A stretch of 64,000 bases of DNA from NCBI GenBank assembly GCA_030425805.1, contig JAUHZC010000002.1, positions 20,448 to 84,447 of the forward strand, read 5' to 3'. The position numbers and the translations under genes are program-made. Under the pieces are notes generated by a model that made no database searches, was not told where the DNA came from, and saw nothing but the letters and a program-made list of their open reading frames with translations. Position 1 is the first letter of the stretch, and the number at the start of each line of letters is the position of its first letter. This stretch comes from Alphaproteobacteria bacterium. Lineage in GTDB: Bacteria > Pseudomonadota > Alphaproteobacteria > JAUHZC01. Of this stretch, positions 18,259 through 27,510 are shown piece after piece.

Positions 18259-19497
18259 CTAAATCACACGCGCCACACCAGGGATGCGACGTACAAGGAT
18301 AGAAAGCACAAGGGTTGCAGGCAAAGCTATAGCAAAGCAAACACCCCCTTTGATGATTGAGGGAATATCACTCCCCTTAAAATAACTTTGTACAAAAATA
18401 ACCACGGGCAAGTGAAAGAGGAAAAGCGCCATGGTGTTTTCACTTAGCCGCTGCCAAAGGAGACTCAGGGTTTGAAAGCGCCCTTTAAAGAGCAACATCA
18501 ACCCCATAATCCAGCTCAGCATCACGGTCACAAAGAGAAGACACCGAGGGAAAACCCCGATAAAGTGATCCCAGAGATAAGGCCAAATCCTCCAAAAGGA
18601 CCCTCCTCCTTGACGATAGAAAACAAAATCTTGATTCCGTACAATATCTTTATCCCCTCCCAATGTGTACGCCAAATACAGTATGGCAGAGAGCATCATC
18701 GTGAGATAAATTTTCCCTTTATGCCGGGACAGAGCCTCGATCACAGCACTATCTCTCAAAAGGCCACTTTGTGCAATCCCAGCCCCAAGGAAGAATAAAG
18801 CAACATTTGTTGTTAGCTGAGAAGGCACGAAACTCAGGACAATAAGGGTTCCGGTCCATGCCCGAAAACCTGTCAAGAAATCACCAACCCAAACACCAAA
18901 AGCCAAAATCAGAATCAAGAGCCCAACTTGCTTCGGCTTAAGATCCTGTATCAGAGCTTTGGTATATGATGCAAGACGCTCAAGAGCTTTGGGAAATACG
19001 GCCCATATCAATACATAGAGCAAAGAAAGAATCATCAAATAAGGTAAAAACCAATATGTCCCCGCAGAGGAGAGGCGCTCCCAATACACTGAGGAAAAGT
19101 GATAATCAAGGTAGCCCATTGCCTCGCCATAAAAGCCAGGATAAAGAGACAAGCGTTCTACATACTTTGGATACATTAAGGGAGGAAGTAAAAGAGGCGT
19201 GAGAACCCCAAGAGGCACCAAAAGCCGTAGCGCCCGACTGATGATGAATTTCTTCTCCCCATATTTAGAAAGAGAGTGATATGAGAAAATCCCAGCTACA
19301 AAGAGAGCTCCCGGCACCATATACACATCTGTTAAGAGAATCAAAATATCAAAGAAAACATCTTGATTAAAAGCAGACTCCTCTACAAACCAACTTCTAG
19401 AGAGAACTGTGCCGTAAGGAAAAAAACAGTGATGAAAAATGATGCTGAGAATAAAGAATGCCCGCAAAGCATCAAGATAAGAAATCCGCTGTGCCAC
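18259..19497 (-). CDS. Acyltransferase family 3 (OpgC/OafA-like) integral membrane protein
   Basis: N-terminus ISYLDALRAFFILSIIFHHCF is typical of Acyl_transf_3, followed by about 10 predicted TM segments. Confidence 0.6.
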   Translation of the reverse strand: MAQRISYLDALRAFFILSIIFHHCFFPYGTVLSRSWFVEESAFNQDVFFDILILLTDVYMVPGALFVAGIFSYHSLSKYGEKKFIISRALRLLVPLGVLTPLLLPPLMYPKYVERLSLYPGFYGEAMGYLDYHFSSVYWERLSSAGTYWFLPYLMILSLLYVLIWAVFPKALERLASYTKALIQDLKPKQVGLLILILAFGVWVGDFLTGFRAWTGTLIVLSFVPSQLTTNVALFFLGAGIAQSGLLRDSAVIEALSRHKGKIYLTMMLSAILYLAYTLGGDKDIVRNQDFVFYRQGGGSFWRIWPYLWDHFIGVFPRCLLFVTVMLSWIMGLMLLFKGRFQTLSLLWQRLSENTMALFLFHLPVVIFVQSYFKGSDIPSIIKGGVCFAIALPATLVLSILVRRIPGVARVI

Positions 19498-19619
19498 GTT
19501 AAAAACTCACATTGCCTTCCATAATTCTACTGGTCCTCGCCCATGGCGTCAACGATGGAGAGCAGAATTGACTTCTGAAAAAGAAGTTTCTAGTATGCTT
19601 AGAAAATTATTACTGAGCT

Positions 19620-20549
19620 ATGCGATTCATTTTTCAATTTTTCTTTCTTCTTTTTCTTACTTTTTCTTCGGTTTATTCTGCAAATCCTGGAGGAGTAGAG
19701 CCCCAGGGGGGAACGCCTGCGGCAGCAAGCGGGGCCGCTGTTCCCAACCCAGATCCTCCTGCTGCTGATGCGCCTCCCCCAGCAAACGGCTTGTGGGGAT
19801 GTTTGCAACGTTGCTTGCAATTTATGGGATGTCGGCGCCGCAATGCAGTTGGGCCTCAAGAGGCTGCCGCTGAGGAAGGTGAAGTTGCTGCTGCCGCTGC
19901 AGATCCCGCAGAACATGTTGTTATGCCTGGATGCTGCAGCCGTGTTCGAAGCGCTTTAAGCTGCAGCAGAGCTACATGCACCCGATTTAGGGAAGGTGTA
20001 CGAAAAACTGGGCTTGTTGTTTCAGTTTTACTCATTCCTGCTGCCTATTCCCTCTCCAGTTTTGCAATCAACGATGTTAGGACTATTATTGATGCAATCA
20101 ACGATGAAAGAGTTCTTGGTTGCTGTAATCGTGGCGTAGAATGCAGCACCTACTACAACTCTGCCACCCGAAGTTCAACTCGAAGCTGTAGGGATGTTTG
20201 GGTTTGCTGGTATGCTGGAGGCATACTTCATCATAGTCATTGTAAAAAGTATGCGCATGGGGTTTCTGGGTACATTACGAGCCTATTGTTTGCAGGCGCT
20301 GCAGTCAATGCACTTTGTGCGCACAGACCTGACTCTTGGGTTACCAGTGGCGAAAAAGGAATGTCAAGATTCCTCCTCCTGGTAGCTGCGGGAACGGGTG
20401 TACTGATCCACGGATGCATTGAAGGCTTTATGCCAGAGGGACCTATGTGCCCCCCTTATGAGATCAATCCTGACCATCTTCTTCCAGGGCCTGGCACAAG
20501 ACCTGCGTGGTCCATTCCTGCCTACGAAGGCGAAGGGGGATGTGCCTAA
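19620..20549 (+). CDS. Cys-rich hypothetical membrane/secreted protein
   Basis: Leader MRFIFQFFFLLFLTFSSVYSA. Pro/Ala-rich linker. Many Cys (CLQRCLQFMGC, PGCCSRVRSALSCSRATC, GCCNRGVEC) plus two internal hydrophobic segments. Confidence 0.45.
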   Translation: MRFIFQFFFLLFLTFSSVYSANPGGVEPQGGTPAAASGAAVPNPDPPAADAPPPANGLWGCLQRCLQFMGCRRRNAVGPQEAAAEEGEVAAAAADPAEHVVMPGCCSRVRSALSCSRATCTRFREGVRKTGLVVSVLLIPAAYSLSSFAINDVRTIIDAINDERVLGCCNRGVECSTYYNSATRSSTRSCRDVWVCWYAGGILHHSHCKKYAHGVSGYITSLLFAGAAVNALCAHRPDSWVTSGEKGMSRFLLLVAAGTGVLIHGCIEGFMPEGPMCPPYEINPDHLLPGPGTRPAWSIPAYEGEGGCA

Positions 20550-20552
20550 ACC

Positions 20553-21797
20553 CTAGGCCTTTTTCTTGGAGTTCTCTAGCGTCAGGAGAGGCTCCCCTGT
20601 TCCCAAGATAACTTCTTTGTTGATTGTCACCTCTTGGACATCCTCACGACCTGGAAGATCATACATCAGACTAAGAAGTGCCTCTTCCAAGATAGAGCGG
20701 AGGCCGCGTGCCCCTGTCTTACGCTCGATGGCTTTTTGCGCAATGGCGTGCAAAGCATCATCAGTGAAAGTCAAGGCCACATCTTCCATCTCAAAAATCG
20801 CCTGATACTGCTTAACCAAAGCATTCTTAGGCTCAGTCAAAATCTGGATCAGGGCATCTTCATCGAGATCCTCAAGGGTTGCCACAACAGGCAAACGTCC
20901 GATGAACTCTGGAATCAAGCCAAATTTGAGAAGATCCTCAGGCTGAAGCGCAGAGAACGTCTTCCCCAAAGAGACATCTTCAGGGCGCTCGATTTGAGCA
21001 CCAAATCCGATAGACGTTTCTGTAGAGCGATCTTGAATCAACTTCTCAAGTCCGGCAAAAGCTCCGCCACAAATGAAGAGAATATTTGTGGTGTCTACTT
21101 GCAAAAATTCTTGCTGTGGATGCTTGCGCCCTCCTTGCGGTGGTACGGAAGCAATCGTTCCTTCCATGATCTTAAGGAGCGCCTGTTGCACACCTTCTCC
21201 GGAAACATCACGGGTAATGGATGGATTGTCAGATTTACGAGAAATCTTGTCCACCTCATCAATATAGACAATACCCCGTTGCGCTTTCTCTACATTATAA
21301 TCAGAAGCCTGAAGAAGCTTCAGAATGATATTTTCAACATCTTCACCAACGTATCCAGCTTCTGTCAACGACGTTGCATCCGCCATGGTGAAAGGAACAT
21401 CTAAGATACGCGCTAATGTTTGCGCGAGCAAAGTCTTACCACATCCTGTAGGACCCACCAAAAGCACATTGGATTTGGCAAGCTCAACCTCAGGATTCTT
21501 TGCACTATGAGACAAGCGCTTATAGTGATTATGAACCGCAACAGACAAAACTTGTTTTGCTCGGTCTTGACCGATCACATAATCATCAAGCACTTTCTGA
21601 ATTTCCCGAGGCGTTGGCACACCTTCAGCAATATCATTTGTTGCTGCGCTTTCTTCTTTGATAATGTCATTACAAAGCTCGATGCACTCATCGCAAATAA
21701 AGACGCTAGGCCCAGCAATAAGTTTACGGACTTCATGTTGACTCTTCCCACAAAAGGAACAATGAAGAATTTCTTTTTCGAGATCTTTTTCGCTCAT
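20553..21797 (-). CDS. clpX: ATP-dependent Clp protease ATP-binding subunit ClpX
   Basis: Zinc-finger N-terminus [30 protein letters not shown]. Walker [23 protein letters not shown] box, GF/GLIPEF, and the typical ClpX C-terminus. Confidence 0.93.
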   Translation of the reverse strand: MSEKDLEKEILHCSFCGKSQHEVRKLIAGPSVFICDECIELCNDIIKEESAATNDIAEGVPTPREIQKVLDDYVIGQDRAKQVLSVAVHNHYKRLSHSAKNPEVELAKSNVLLVGPTGCGKTLLAQTLARILDVPFTMADATSLTEAGYVGEDVENIILKLLQASDYNVEKAQRGIVYIDEVDKISRKSDNPSITRDVSGEGVQQALLKIMEGTIASVPPQGGRKHPQQEFLQVDTTNILFICGGAFAGLEKLIQDRSTETSIGFGAQIERPEDVSLGKTFSALQPEDLLKFGLIPEFIGRLPVVATLEDLDEDALIQILTEPKNALVKQYQAIFEMEDVALTFTDDALHAIAQKAIERKTGARGLRSILEEALLSLMYDLPGREDVQEVTINKEVILGTGEPLLTLENSKKKA

Positions 21798-21974
21798 AGA
21801 TGGACCCTACGCTTATTAAGAAAAAATTTCTATAAAATTTTAGACAATTCTTATTTTCAGTATCCCATGAAGCTCATAACAAAAAGTTAATGGGGGAAAA
21901 AATTTAAACTTCTAAAAATAAGCCTTTGTTTTCAAACAAAATTATATCAGACCAGAGGAGAATCGTCCAGTTTA

Positions 21975-22520
21975 TCACGTGATGCTCCAAATACGATCAA
22001 GGAGATTTGTGCGATCCAGAAGGTAGTGTTTTAAGACAGCGAGAACGTGAAGAGTAATGACAATGATAAAAGCCTCTCCCAAAATTTCGTGAGCTTCATG
22101 GGCAAAACTACCTAACATTTTATTTCCTTCCACCCCTGGAATAAATGGCCAAGCAAACAAACCATAGATTGTAATGCCATATCCCCCCGCAGAAGACATC
22201 ACCCATCCCGAAAACGGAGAGAGGAACATTAAGACATAGAGCGTAAAATGTCCCAACTTTGCCAGTCTCTGCTCTACAGGAGAAATTGTATTTGGAAGTT
22301 GTGGAATTTCTGATCCCAAGCGAATCACGACCCGTAAAACAAGAGTGAGTAAAATCAAAATCCCTGTCGCTTTGTGAATGCCATAGACCTGAAATTTGAA
22401 TGCCCCTTGAAAAAAGCCAGAGGTCATCATTAATCCAGAAGTTAAAAGCCCAATAATTCCGAGGGCCATCAGCCAATGAAGAATACGTAGAGTCAGTGCA
22501 TATTGTTTTGGGCGTGCCAT
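21975..22520 (-). CDS. Cytochrome b561 family protein (CybB-like)
   Basis: MARPKQYALTLRILHWLMALGII... with four TM helices and conserved His residues (HW, HK, HEAHE). Start chosen at MARPKQ. Confidence 0.65.
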   Translation of the reverse strand: MARPKQYALTLRILHWLMALGIIGLLTSGLMMTSGFFQGAFKFQVYGIHKATGILILLTLVLRVVIRLGSEIPQLPNTISPVEQRLAKLGHFTLYVLMFLSPFSGWVMSSAGGYGITIYGLFAWPFIPGVEGNKMLGSFAHEAHEILGEAFIIVITLHVLAVLKHYLLDRTNLLDRIWSIT

Positions 22521-22545
22521 TTTTATCTCCCTGTTTGGGGGTAGT

Positions 22546-23361
22546 CTAAGCAAAGTAGCGAAGAAGATAAAGAGCAATCTCACGGATTAAAATAACGACA
22601 CCTACAACCAAGCGCATATAAGAGAAAAAAGCCGCTAAGCTTGTGTCTGCAATATGCCCTTGGAGGGCTCTCCCGGCAAAAAGACCTGCAACGGAAGCAG
22701 CTGCGAAAGGAAGTGCAATAGCCATGGGCACACCGTTTCCTTGGAACAGGTGACCTGCGAGACCAGCAAAGGTAAATCCGATAATGACAACTAAAGAGGC
22801 CCGAGCTGCATTTGCTGTAGAGAGAGACGTATAGGTTAGAAGAGCCGGCAGGAGAAAAGCCCCTCCCCCAACACCAAGGAGACCTGTAAGAAAACCTCCA
22901 ATCCCGCCAGCATAGACAAGAGGCCGAACAACAAAGCTAACATGACCATCATGAGGCGCAAGATTCAAAGGTGTTCCAAAAATAAAAGCGGGGAGCTGTC
23001 GCTGCTGGGAGCGCATCCACAAGACCCACCCTGAAAAAAGGAGGACAAGGGCATAAAGCACCATTCCCATATGGGGATCAAGATATTGACATAATGTTGC
23101 ACCGACAGGAGCTGTAATGAGACTAGCAGTCGCCATAATGTACCCAGGCCGAAGAATATCTCTATCAACTTTAAGCTGAGCTCCAACACCCACAAGGGAC
23201 CCAAAGCACACACCAAAAAGGCTCACACCGACAGCATCATCAAAGCTTAGACCAATGCCGTAAACCATGGTGGGAACAACGATGACAGAGGCCCCTAAGC
23301 CTATCAGCCCCAGTGACAGCCCAACAATAATTCCCAACAAACAAACGGCTAACGTTTCCAA
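22546..23361 (-). CDS. TSUP-family membrane transporter (TauE/SafE sulfite exporter-like, DUF81)
   Basis: Polytopic Gly-rich membrane protein with internal duplication (GLIGLGASVIVVP... / GLLGVGGGAFLLP...), characteristic of TauE/SafE. Confidence 0.65.
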   Translation of the reverse strand: METLAVCLLGIIVGLSLGLIGLGASVIVVPTMVYGIGLSFDDAVGVSLFGVCFGSLVGVGAQLKVDRDILRPGYIMATASLITAPVGATLCQYLDPHMGMVLYALVLLFSGWVLWMRSQQRQLPAFIFGTPLNLAPHDGHVSFVVRPLVYAGGIGGFLTGLLGVGGGAFLLPALLTYTSLSTANAARASLVVIIGFTFAGLAGHLFQGNGVPMAIALPFAAASVAGLFAGRALQGHIADTSLAAFFSYMRLVVGVVILIREIALYLLRYFA

Positions 23362-23524
23362 AAAAAACCTCTAGAGGTCGTTGTGCACTTTTCTCAATTT
23401 TTAGGATATGCACAGAAGTCTTAACAAATTCTTGGGATTCCAAGAGGTTTGCACTTTAACATACCCTGTAAAGAGCGTCACCTCAGTTGTGTAGCCCTTC
23501 TTCTAATTTCCAAAATCCCTGCAT

Positions 23525-23765
23525 TCATGGATTGCCCAGGCGCTGAGTTCCTCGCAATAACTTCCTTACTGTCATCGCGAGCCCTCACCCTTCTCTATTG
23601 TCATCGCGAGCCCTGAAAAGGCGTGGCGATCCATAAGAGATTTGGATTCCGGGTCGGGGCCCGGAATGATGAAGTAGCGGCCCCCGGACTCTCATTTAAA
23701 GTCATCCCAGACTTGATCCGGGGTCTATGGACTGCAGCAATGCTGCGCTCCTCACAAAAATCAAG
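23525..23765. repeat. Mosaic palindromic repeat cluster (modules F, A with 1.5 copies, B, C, F)
   Basis: Carries ggattgcccaggcgctgagttcctcgcaat; tgtcatcgcgagccctcacccttctctattgtcatcgcgagccctgaaaaggcgtggcgatccataaga; ggattccgggtcggggcccggaatgatg; agacttgatccggggtc; and ctgcagcaatgctgcgctcctcac. Confidence 0.8.
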
Positions 23766-24465
23766 CTCTTTCGTTCTCTCTTGGGGAGGTCAATCCAGCC
23801 CGGTCAAGGATGCTAGCTACTTCTTGTTTTTCACCATTGTCCAAGACAGCATAGAAAGTCGTAAGGTCTAGTGCCACCCTAAAAGATCCCAATACAGCGG
23901 TCTGAACAGCGGCAGAATCCCTATAAGCTGATGGGTACATTGTGTTATACAGCGCAGGATGCATAACATAAAAAGAAGGATTTCCTTCACCGGAAATAGC
24001 ATACAAGGTGCCCCACTTACCAGCAATGTATGCGGACCCACCAAAAGCTATGCCCCTCATGAGAAGAGGAGCAAGGCCTCTAGACTTCGAAAGAAAACGA
24101 GTTTGTGAAAGCAAAGAAAGAGAGAGAACTGAGAGCGCTGCTCCTGCTCTGCTTGCAAAGGCAGCATCCTCCTTCGCCCTCTCAAAAACTAAGGCTGTCC
24201 GTTCTTCGAAGTACTTTTGCCACGCCTGTCCCTTTAATGAATCAACTTCTGATACAGCTAATATAGCTCCAAATTTTCTCCTAGCAACCGCTGCTTTAAG
24301 GGCTTCGGCAACACGCCCCACAGAAGCAGCAGGAGATAAATTTACACCTCCGATTCTCACAACTTCTTCCTTTCCATCTGCCCCATGAACAGAGTCAGAG
24401 GAAAAACTGATTCCTAAGTAGATAAATAAGAGGGTTTTTGTGAGCAAATTGGACATGGGAAGCAC
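23761..24465 (-). CDS. Secreted hypothetical protein
   Basis: Leader MSNLLTKTLLFIYLGISFSSDSVHGA. 234 aa. No recognisable domain. Confidence 0.45.
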   Translation of the reverse strand: MLPMSNLLTKTLLFIYLGISFSSDSVHGADGKEEVVRIGGVNLSPAASVGRVAEALKAAVARRKFGAILAVSEVDSLKGQAWQKYFEERTALVFERAKEDAAFASRAGAALSVLSLSLLSQTRFLSKSRGLAPLLMRGIAFGGSAYIAGKWGTLYAISGEGNPSFYVMHPALYNTMYPSAYRDSAAVQTAVLGSFRVALDLTTFYAVLDNGEKQEVASILDRAGLTSPRENERA

Positions 24466-24583
24466 CTTTTAAATTTGCCCGACAGTATAACACATTCAAC
24501 GCAATTTCAAGTTTTGCTAGAGGTTTGATGATGGTCCCCAAATCAAGTCCGGAGCGACTTTCTTTATGGGAAAAGCCCCTCAC

Positions 24584-24611
24584 AAAAAAAGCCCTCATGC
24601 GAGGGCTTTTT
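24584..24611. terminator. Rho-independent terminator (bidirectional-looking: A-tract, hairpin, T-tract)
   Basis: aaaaaaagccctc-atgc-gagggcttttt, 25 nt downstream of the stop of the 24637-24966 minus-strand gene. Confidence 0.65.
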
Positions 24612-24636
24612 AAAAACATCTTTTAAGAAAAAATAC

Positions 24637-24966
24637 TTAAGCTGTTTCTGCTTCTTGATCTTTCATATCTTTAGGCTTTTCACCAGACTTATCTTCACCA
24701 GTCACGGCACCCATTGCAGCGTCGCCAGCATCAGTCGCAGCATCGCCTGCCTCTTTAGCCGCATCAGAAACAGCTTCTGCTGCATCACCTGCAGCCTCAG
24801 TTGCCGCATCTGTAGCCTCTTTAGCGGCATCACCGACTGTATCAACAGCAGAAGAAACAGCTTCTTTAGCCTTATCTGCCATGGATTCACCGTCTTTTTT
24901 GGAATCGCCACATGCTGCAACAAAAGTTCCGGCCAAAAGAATCGCTGTAATTTGTGAAAGTTTCAT
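24637..24966 (-). CDS. Small acidic repetitive lipoprotein
   Basis: Lipobox LLAGTFVAAC, then DAAKEATDAATEAAGDAAEAVSDAAKEAGDAATDAGDAA degenerate repeats. Confidence 0.5.
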   Translation of the reverse strand: MKLSQITAILLAGTFVAACGDSKKDGESMADKAKEAVSSAVDTVGDAAKEATDAATEAAGDAAEAVSDAAKEAGDAATDAGDAAMGAVTGEDKSGEKPKDMKDQEAETA

Positions 24967-25195
24967 TGTTTTTTCCTCCTAGAACAAAACTTATTTTAAG
25001 TTTAACATTAATTTTTGTAAAATCTACAGAAAAATAAGTAGCAAAGCGACTTTTCATCTGATCTTTTGAAAGAAAGCGTGTTTTAGGTCACAACTCAAAA
25101 AATGACTTGAGAAATAGGCAACCCTAAAATTTCCCATAACATCACACACTTCCTCTTGAAAAAAATGTTCTTCTTCATTAGCTTCATTCCTTTGA

Positions 25196-25633
25196 GTGAG
25201 TTTAAGAATGGGAAGATTACGTTCCGCCTGTATATTTTTTTTGATGACAACATCATGTGTGATTGGTGCACAACCCCCCTGGACAAAAGCGCGAGAAGAA
25301 GCTTGGTACGAAAGATGTAGGGCAGAGGCTGAAAAGGAAGGCCGTCTCAGAAAGGCCCAAGAGGCACGTGAACGGGAAGCTGCCAGAGCTGCCAGAGCTG
25401 CCAGAGATGCAGCTGAAGCAGAAAGTTGGAGAAGATTTGTAAATGGCATTAGAAGCAGTGGTCTCTTAGATATCTTAGTTCAACAGATGACAAAAGGGGA
25501 TGTCTGTCCCCTTCCTGGAGGAAGTTCTGGCCGCCCCCACTACAGGCTCCCTTGGGACGTTTTCAGCGCTAAAGCAGGTGCACTAGAAGATGGCTCCTCT
25601 TTTAAGCCGACAACTTCTTCAGGCTCAGCCTAA
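25196..25633 (+). CDS. Small secreted hypothetical protein with charged Arg/Ala/Glu helix
   Basis: Leader MSLRMGRLRSACIFFLMTTSCVIGA. Contains AARAARAAR encoded by a 3x gctgccaga microsatellite. Preferred over the antisense ORF 25054-25449 because of the signal peptide and its composition, which matches other window proteins. Confidence 0.35.
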   Translation: MSLRMGRLRSACIFFLMTTSCVIGAQPPWTKAREEAWYERCRAEAEKEGRLRKAQEAREREAARAARAARDAAEAESWRRFVNGIRSSGLLDILVQQMTKGDVCPLPGGSSGRPHYRLPWDVFSAKAGALEDGSSFKPTTSSGSA

Positions 25634-26219
25634 CAACTTCTTCCACCTGAAGCGTTGCCCCGTCAGCCTCAACATAAACTTGTTCAATTGCAAGACGAGC
25701 CTCTCGATCATTCATCCCTAAATTTAAAAGAGCAGAGAGGGCCATTTGCTTTTCGGCATACCCTCCCTTGGGAAGATTCTCCCGCAAGGGCGTGATTGAT
25801 GCACCAGGCAGGGCTGTGCTGGTTTCAAGAGACTTATCTTTTAGCTCATTGAGAAGGCGTTTTGCCAATTTCGGGCCAATCCCTTCCCCTTGAGTCAGAT
25901 ATCGCTCATCTCCCTGGTAGATTGCCTGGACCAGGGTCTCGCTGGGGCCGATACTCAAGAGAGCCATGGCCACCTTTGCTCCTACTCCTGGAACCTGGGT
26001 CAGTTTTAGAAACAATTCTCGCTCTGCCGGTGTGGTGAATCCAAAAAGGGTGATTGCATCTTCGCGAACCTGTGTATGCACAAAGAAGGTGACAACCTCT
26101 CCCTGAACCTTGGGCTGGCTTGCAGGGACATTCACCTCATAGCCCACACCATTCACATTGATGAGGCAAAGCGTTGGCTTCGTCATCTCCACAACTGTTC
26201 CGTGCAACCATCCGATCAT
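25602..26219 (-). CDS. ruvA: Holliday junction branch-migration complex subunit RuvA
   Basis: MIGWLHGTV... with OB domain, the HhH motifs (LFLKLTQVPGVGAKVAMALL), and a C-terminal RuvB-interaction domain. Confidence 0.9.
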   Translation of the reverse strand: MIGWLHGTVVEMTKPTLCLINVNGVGYEVNVPASQPKVQGEVVTFFVHTQVREDAITLFGFTTPAERELFLKLTQVPGVGAKVAMALLSIGPSETLVQAIYQGDERYLTQGEGIGPKLAKRLLNELKDKSLETSTALPGASITPLRENLPKGGYAEKQMALSALLNLGMNDREARLAIEQVYVEADGATLQVEEVVRLSLKKLSA

Positions 26220-26701
26220 GCAAGCCTCCGTGCTGGATATTGATAACTATGACATATTGCAACAGCTAATGCATCTGCTGCGTCTGCTGTCACCTTTTCA
26301 GCCTGAGGAAGAAGGTGCTTAATCATAAGCTGCACCTGGGCTTTGTCGCAATGCCCCACCCCCGTCACAGCTTTTTTAATCTGGTTGGCTGTGTACTCTG
26401 CCACGGACAATCCTTGAATTGCTGGTGTGGCAAGGACAATCCCACGAGCCTGCCCTAATTTCAGGGCACTGGCAGGGTTTTGATTCATAAAGGTTTCTTC
26501 AACGGCAGCTTGTTCGGGACTATAGCTCTGAATAACCTCACAAATTCCCACGTAAATATCCCGAAGGCGAAAGGCAAGTTCCTGATCTGGCTTAGGGCGA
26601 ATGACGCCATGGGCAATGTAATGAAGGCGATTTCCATTGGACTCAATCACCCCCCAACCACAGGCCCGCAACCCAGGATCTAGACCTAAAACTCTAATCA
26701 T
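26216..26701 (-). CDS. ruvC: Crossover junction endodeoxyribonuclease RuvC
   Basis: MIRVLGLDPGLRACGWGVIE with a catalytic D...E...D..D arrangement. Overlaps ruvA by 4 nt. Confidence 0.9.
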   Translation of the reverse strand: MIRVLGLDPGLRACGWGVIESNGNRLHYIAHGVIRPKPDQELAFRLRDIYVGICEVIQSYSPEQAAVEETFMNQNPASALKLGQARGIVLATPAIQGLSVAEYTANQIKKAVTGVGHCDKAQVQLMIKHLLPQAEKVTADAADALAVAICHSYQYPARRLA

Positions 26702-27449
26702 CGCCCTTCAGTTTCTCCAAGAGCGCATCACTAAAATCTGCGTTTGTAAACACAGATTGGACGTCATCATTATCTTCCAGCATATCAATCAGCTTCAAAA
26801 GGGTTTCCCCTTTGTCTTCATCAACTTCTGAGAGAACAGTTGGGCGCCACTCGATACCAGAAGAAGTTGGGTCTCCCAACTGCGCTGCCAAGGCCCCTGA
26901 AACCGCGTGCAGTTCCTCTAAAGGACAAAGAATTTCATGAACGCCCTCTTCTTCTTGGACATCTTCAGCTCCGGCTTCCAAGGCTGCTTCAAAAACCTTG
27001 TCAAAATCCAATCCTTCTGAAGCATAACGAATCACGCCCTGGTGATTAAATTGAAAAGAGACGCTGTTGGTCTCTCCCATATTTCCCCCAAATTTTGTAA
27101 ACGCAGCCCGAACTTCCCCAGCCGTCCGGTTCTTGTTATCCGTTAAAGCCTCAACAATAACTGCAACGCCGCCAGGCCCATACCCCTCATAGCGCATTTC
27201 TGTGAAATTGCTATCATCTTCACCGCCAGCTCCACGCTTCACAGCCCGGTCCATCGTGTCTTTTGGCATGTTTGCAGCTTTAGCGTTAGCAATGGCTGTC
27301 CGCAAACGAGGATTTGCATCAGCGTCTTCTCCTCCTGCCTTCGCAGCAACAGTTAGCTCACGAATGATCTTGGTAAACACCTTTGCCCGCTTCTTATCCT
27401 GAGCGCCTTTACGATGCATAATGTTTTTAAATTGGGAATGGCCTGCCAT
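26694..27449 (-). CDS. yebC: YebC/PmpR-family probable transcriptional regulator
   Basis: MAGHSQFKNIMHRKGAQDKKRAKVFTKIIRELTVAAK is the canonical YebC N-terminus. Confidence 0.9.
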   Translation of the reverse strand: MAGHSQFKNIMHRKGAQDKKRAKVFTKIIRELTVAAKAGGEDADANPRLRTAIANAKAANMPKDTMDRAVKRGAGGEDDSNFTEMRYEGYGPGGVAVIVEALTDNKNRTAGEVRAAFTKFGGNMGETNSVSFQFNHQGVIRYASEGLDFDKVFEAALEAGAEDVQEEEGVHEILCPLEELHAVSGALAAQLGDPTSSGIEWRPTVLSEVDEDKGETLLKLIDMLEDNDDVQSVFTNADFSDALLEKLKGDD

Positions 27450-27510
27450 AAGTCCTCAGTTTCGTTTCTCTTTTCTTATAGTCAATTATCTCATGCCTGT
27501 TCAAGGGAAG

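Noticed and set aside
17745-18302. ORF-track ORFs 17745-17987, 17767-18030, 17957-18262 and 18003-18302
   Set aside because: They lie entirely within the mosaic palindromic repeat cluster and translate to low-complexity Pro/Arg/Ser-rich strings. They are repeat-derived, not genes.
20634-21404. 256-aa plus-strand ORF inside clpX
   Set aside because: It is antisense to an unambiguous, full-length clpX and is a spurious open frame.
24395-24619. 74-aa ORF spanning the terminator hairpin
   Set aside because: It overlaps the Rho-independent terminator and has no RBS or conservation signal.
25054-25449. Minus-strand 131-aa ORF overlapping 25196-25633(+)
   Set aside because: It has no leader or domain and its composition is odd. 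The plus-strand ORF fits the pattern of other leader-bearing Arg/Ala/Glu-rich proteins here, but confidence in either is low.
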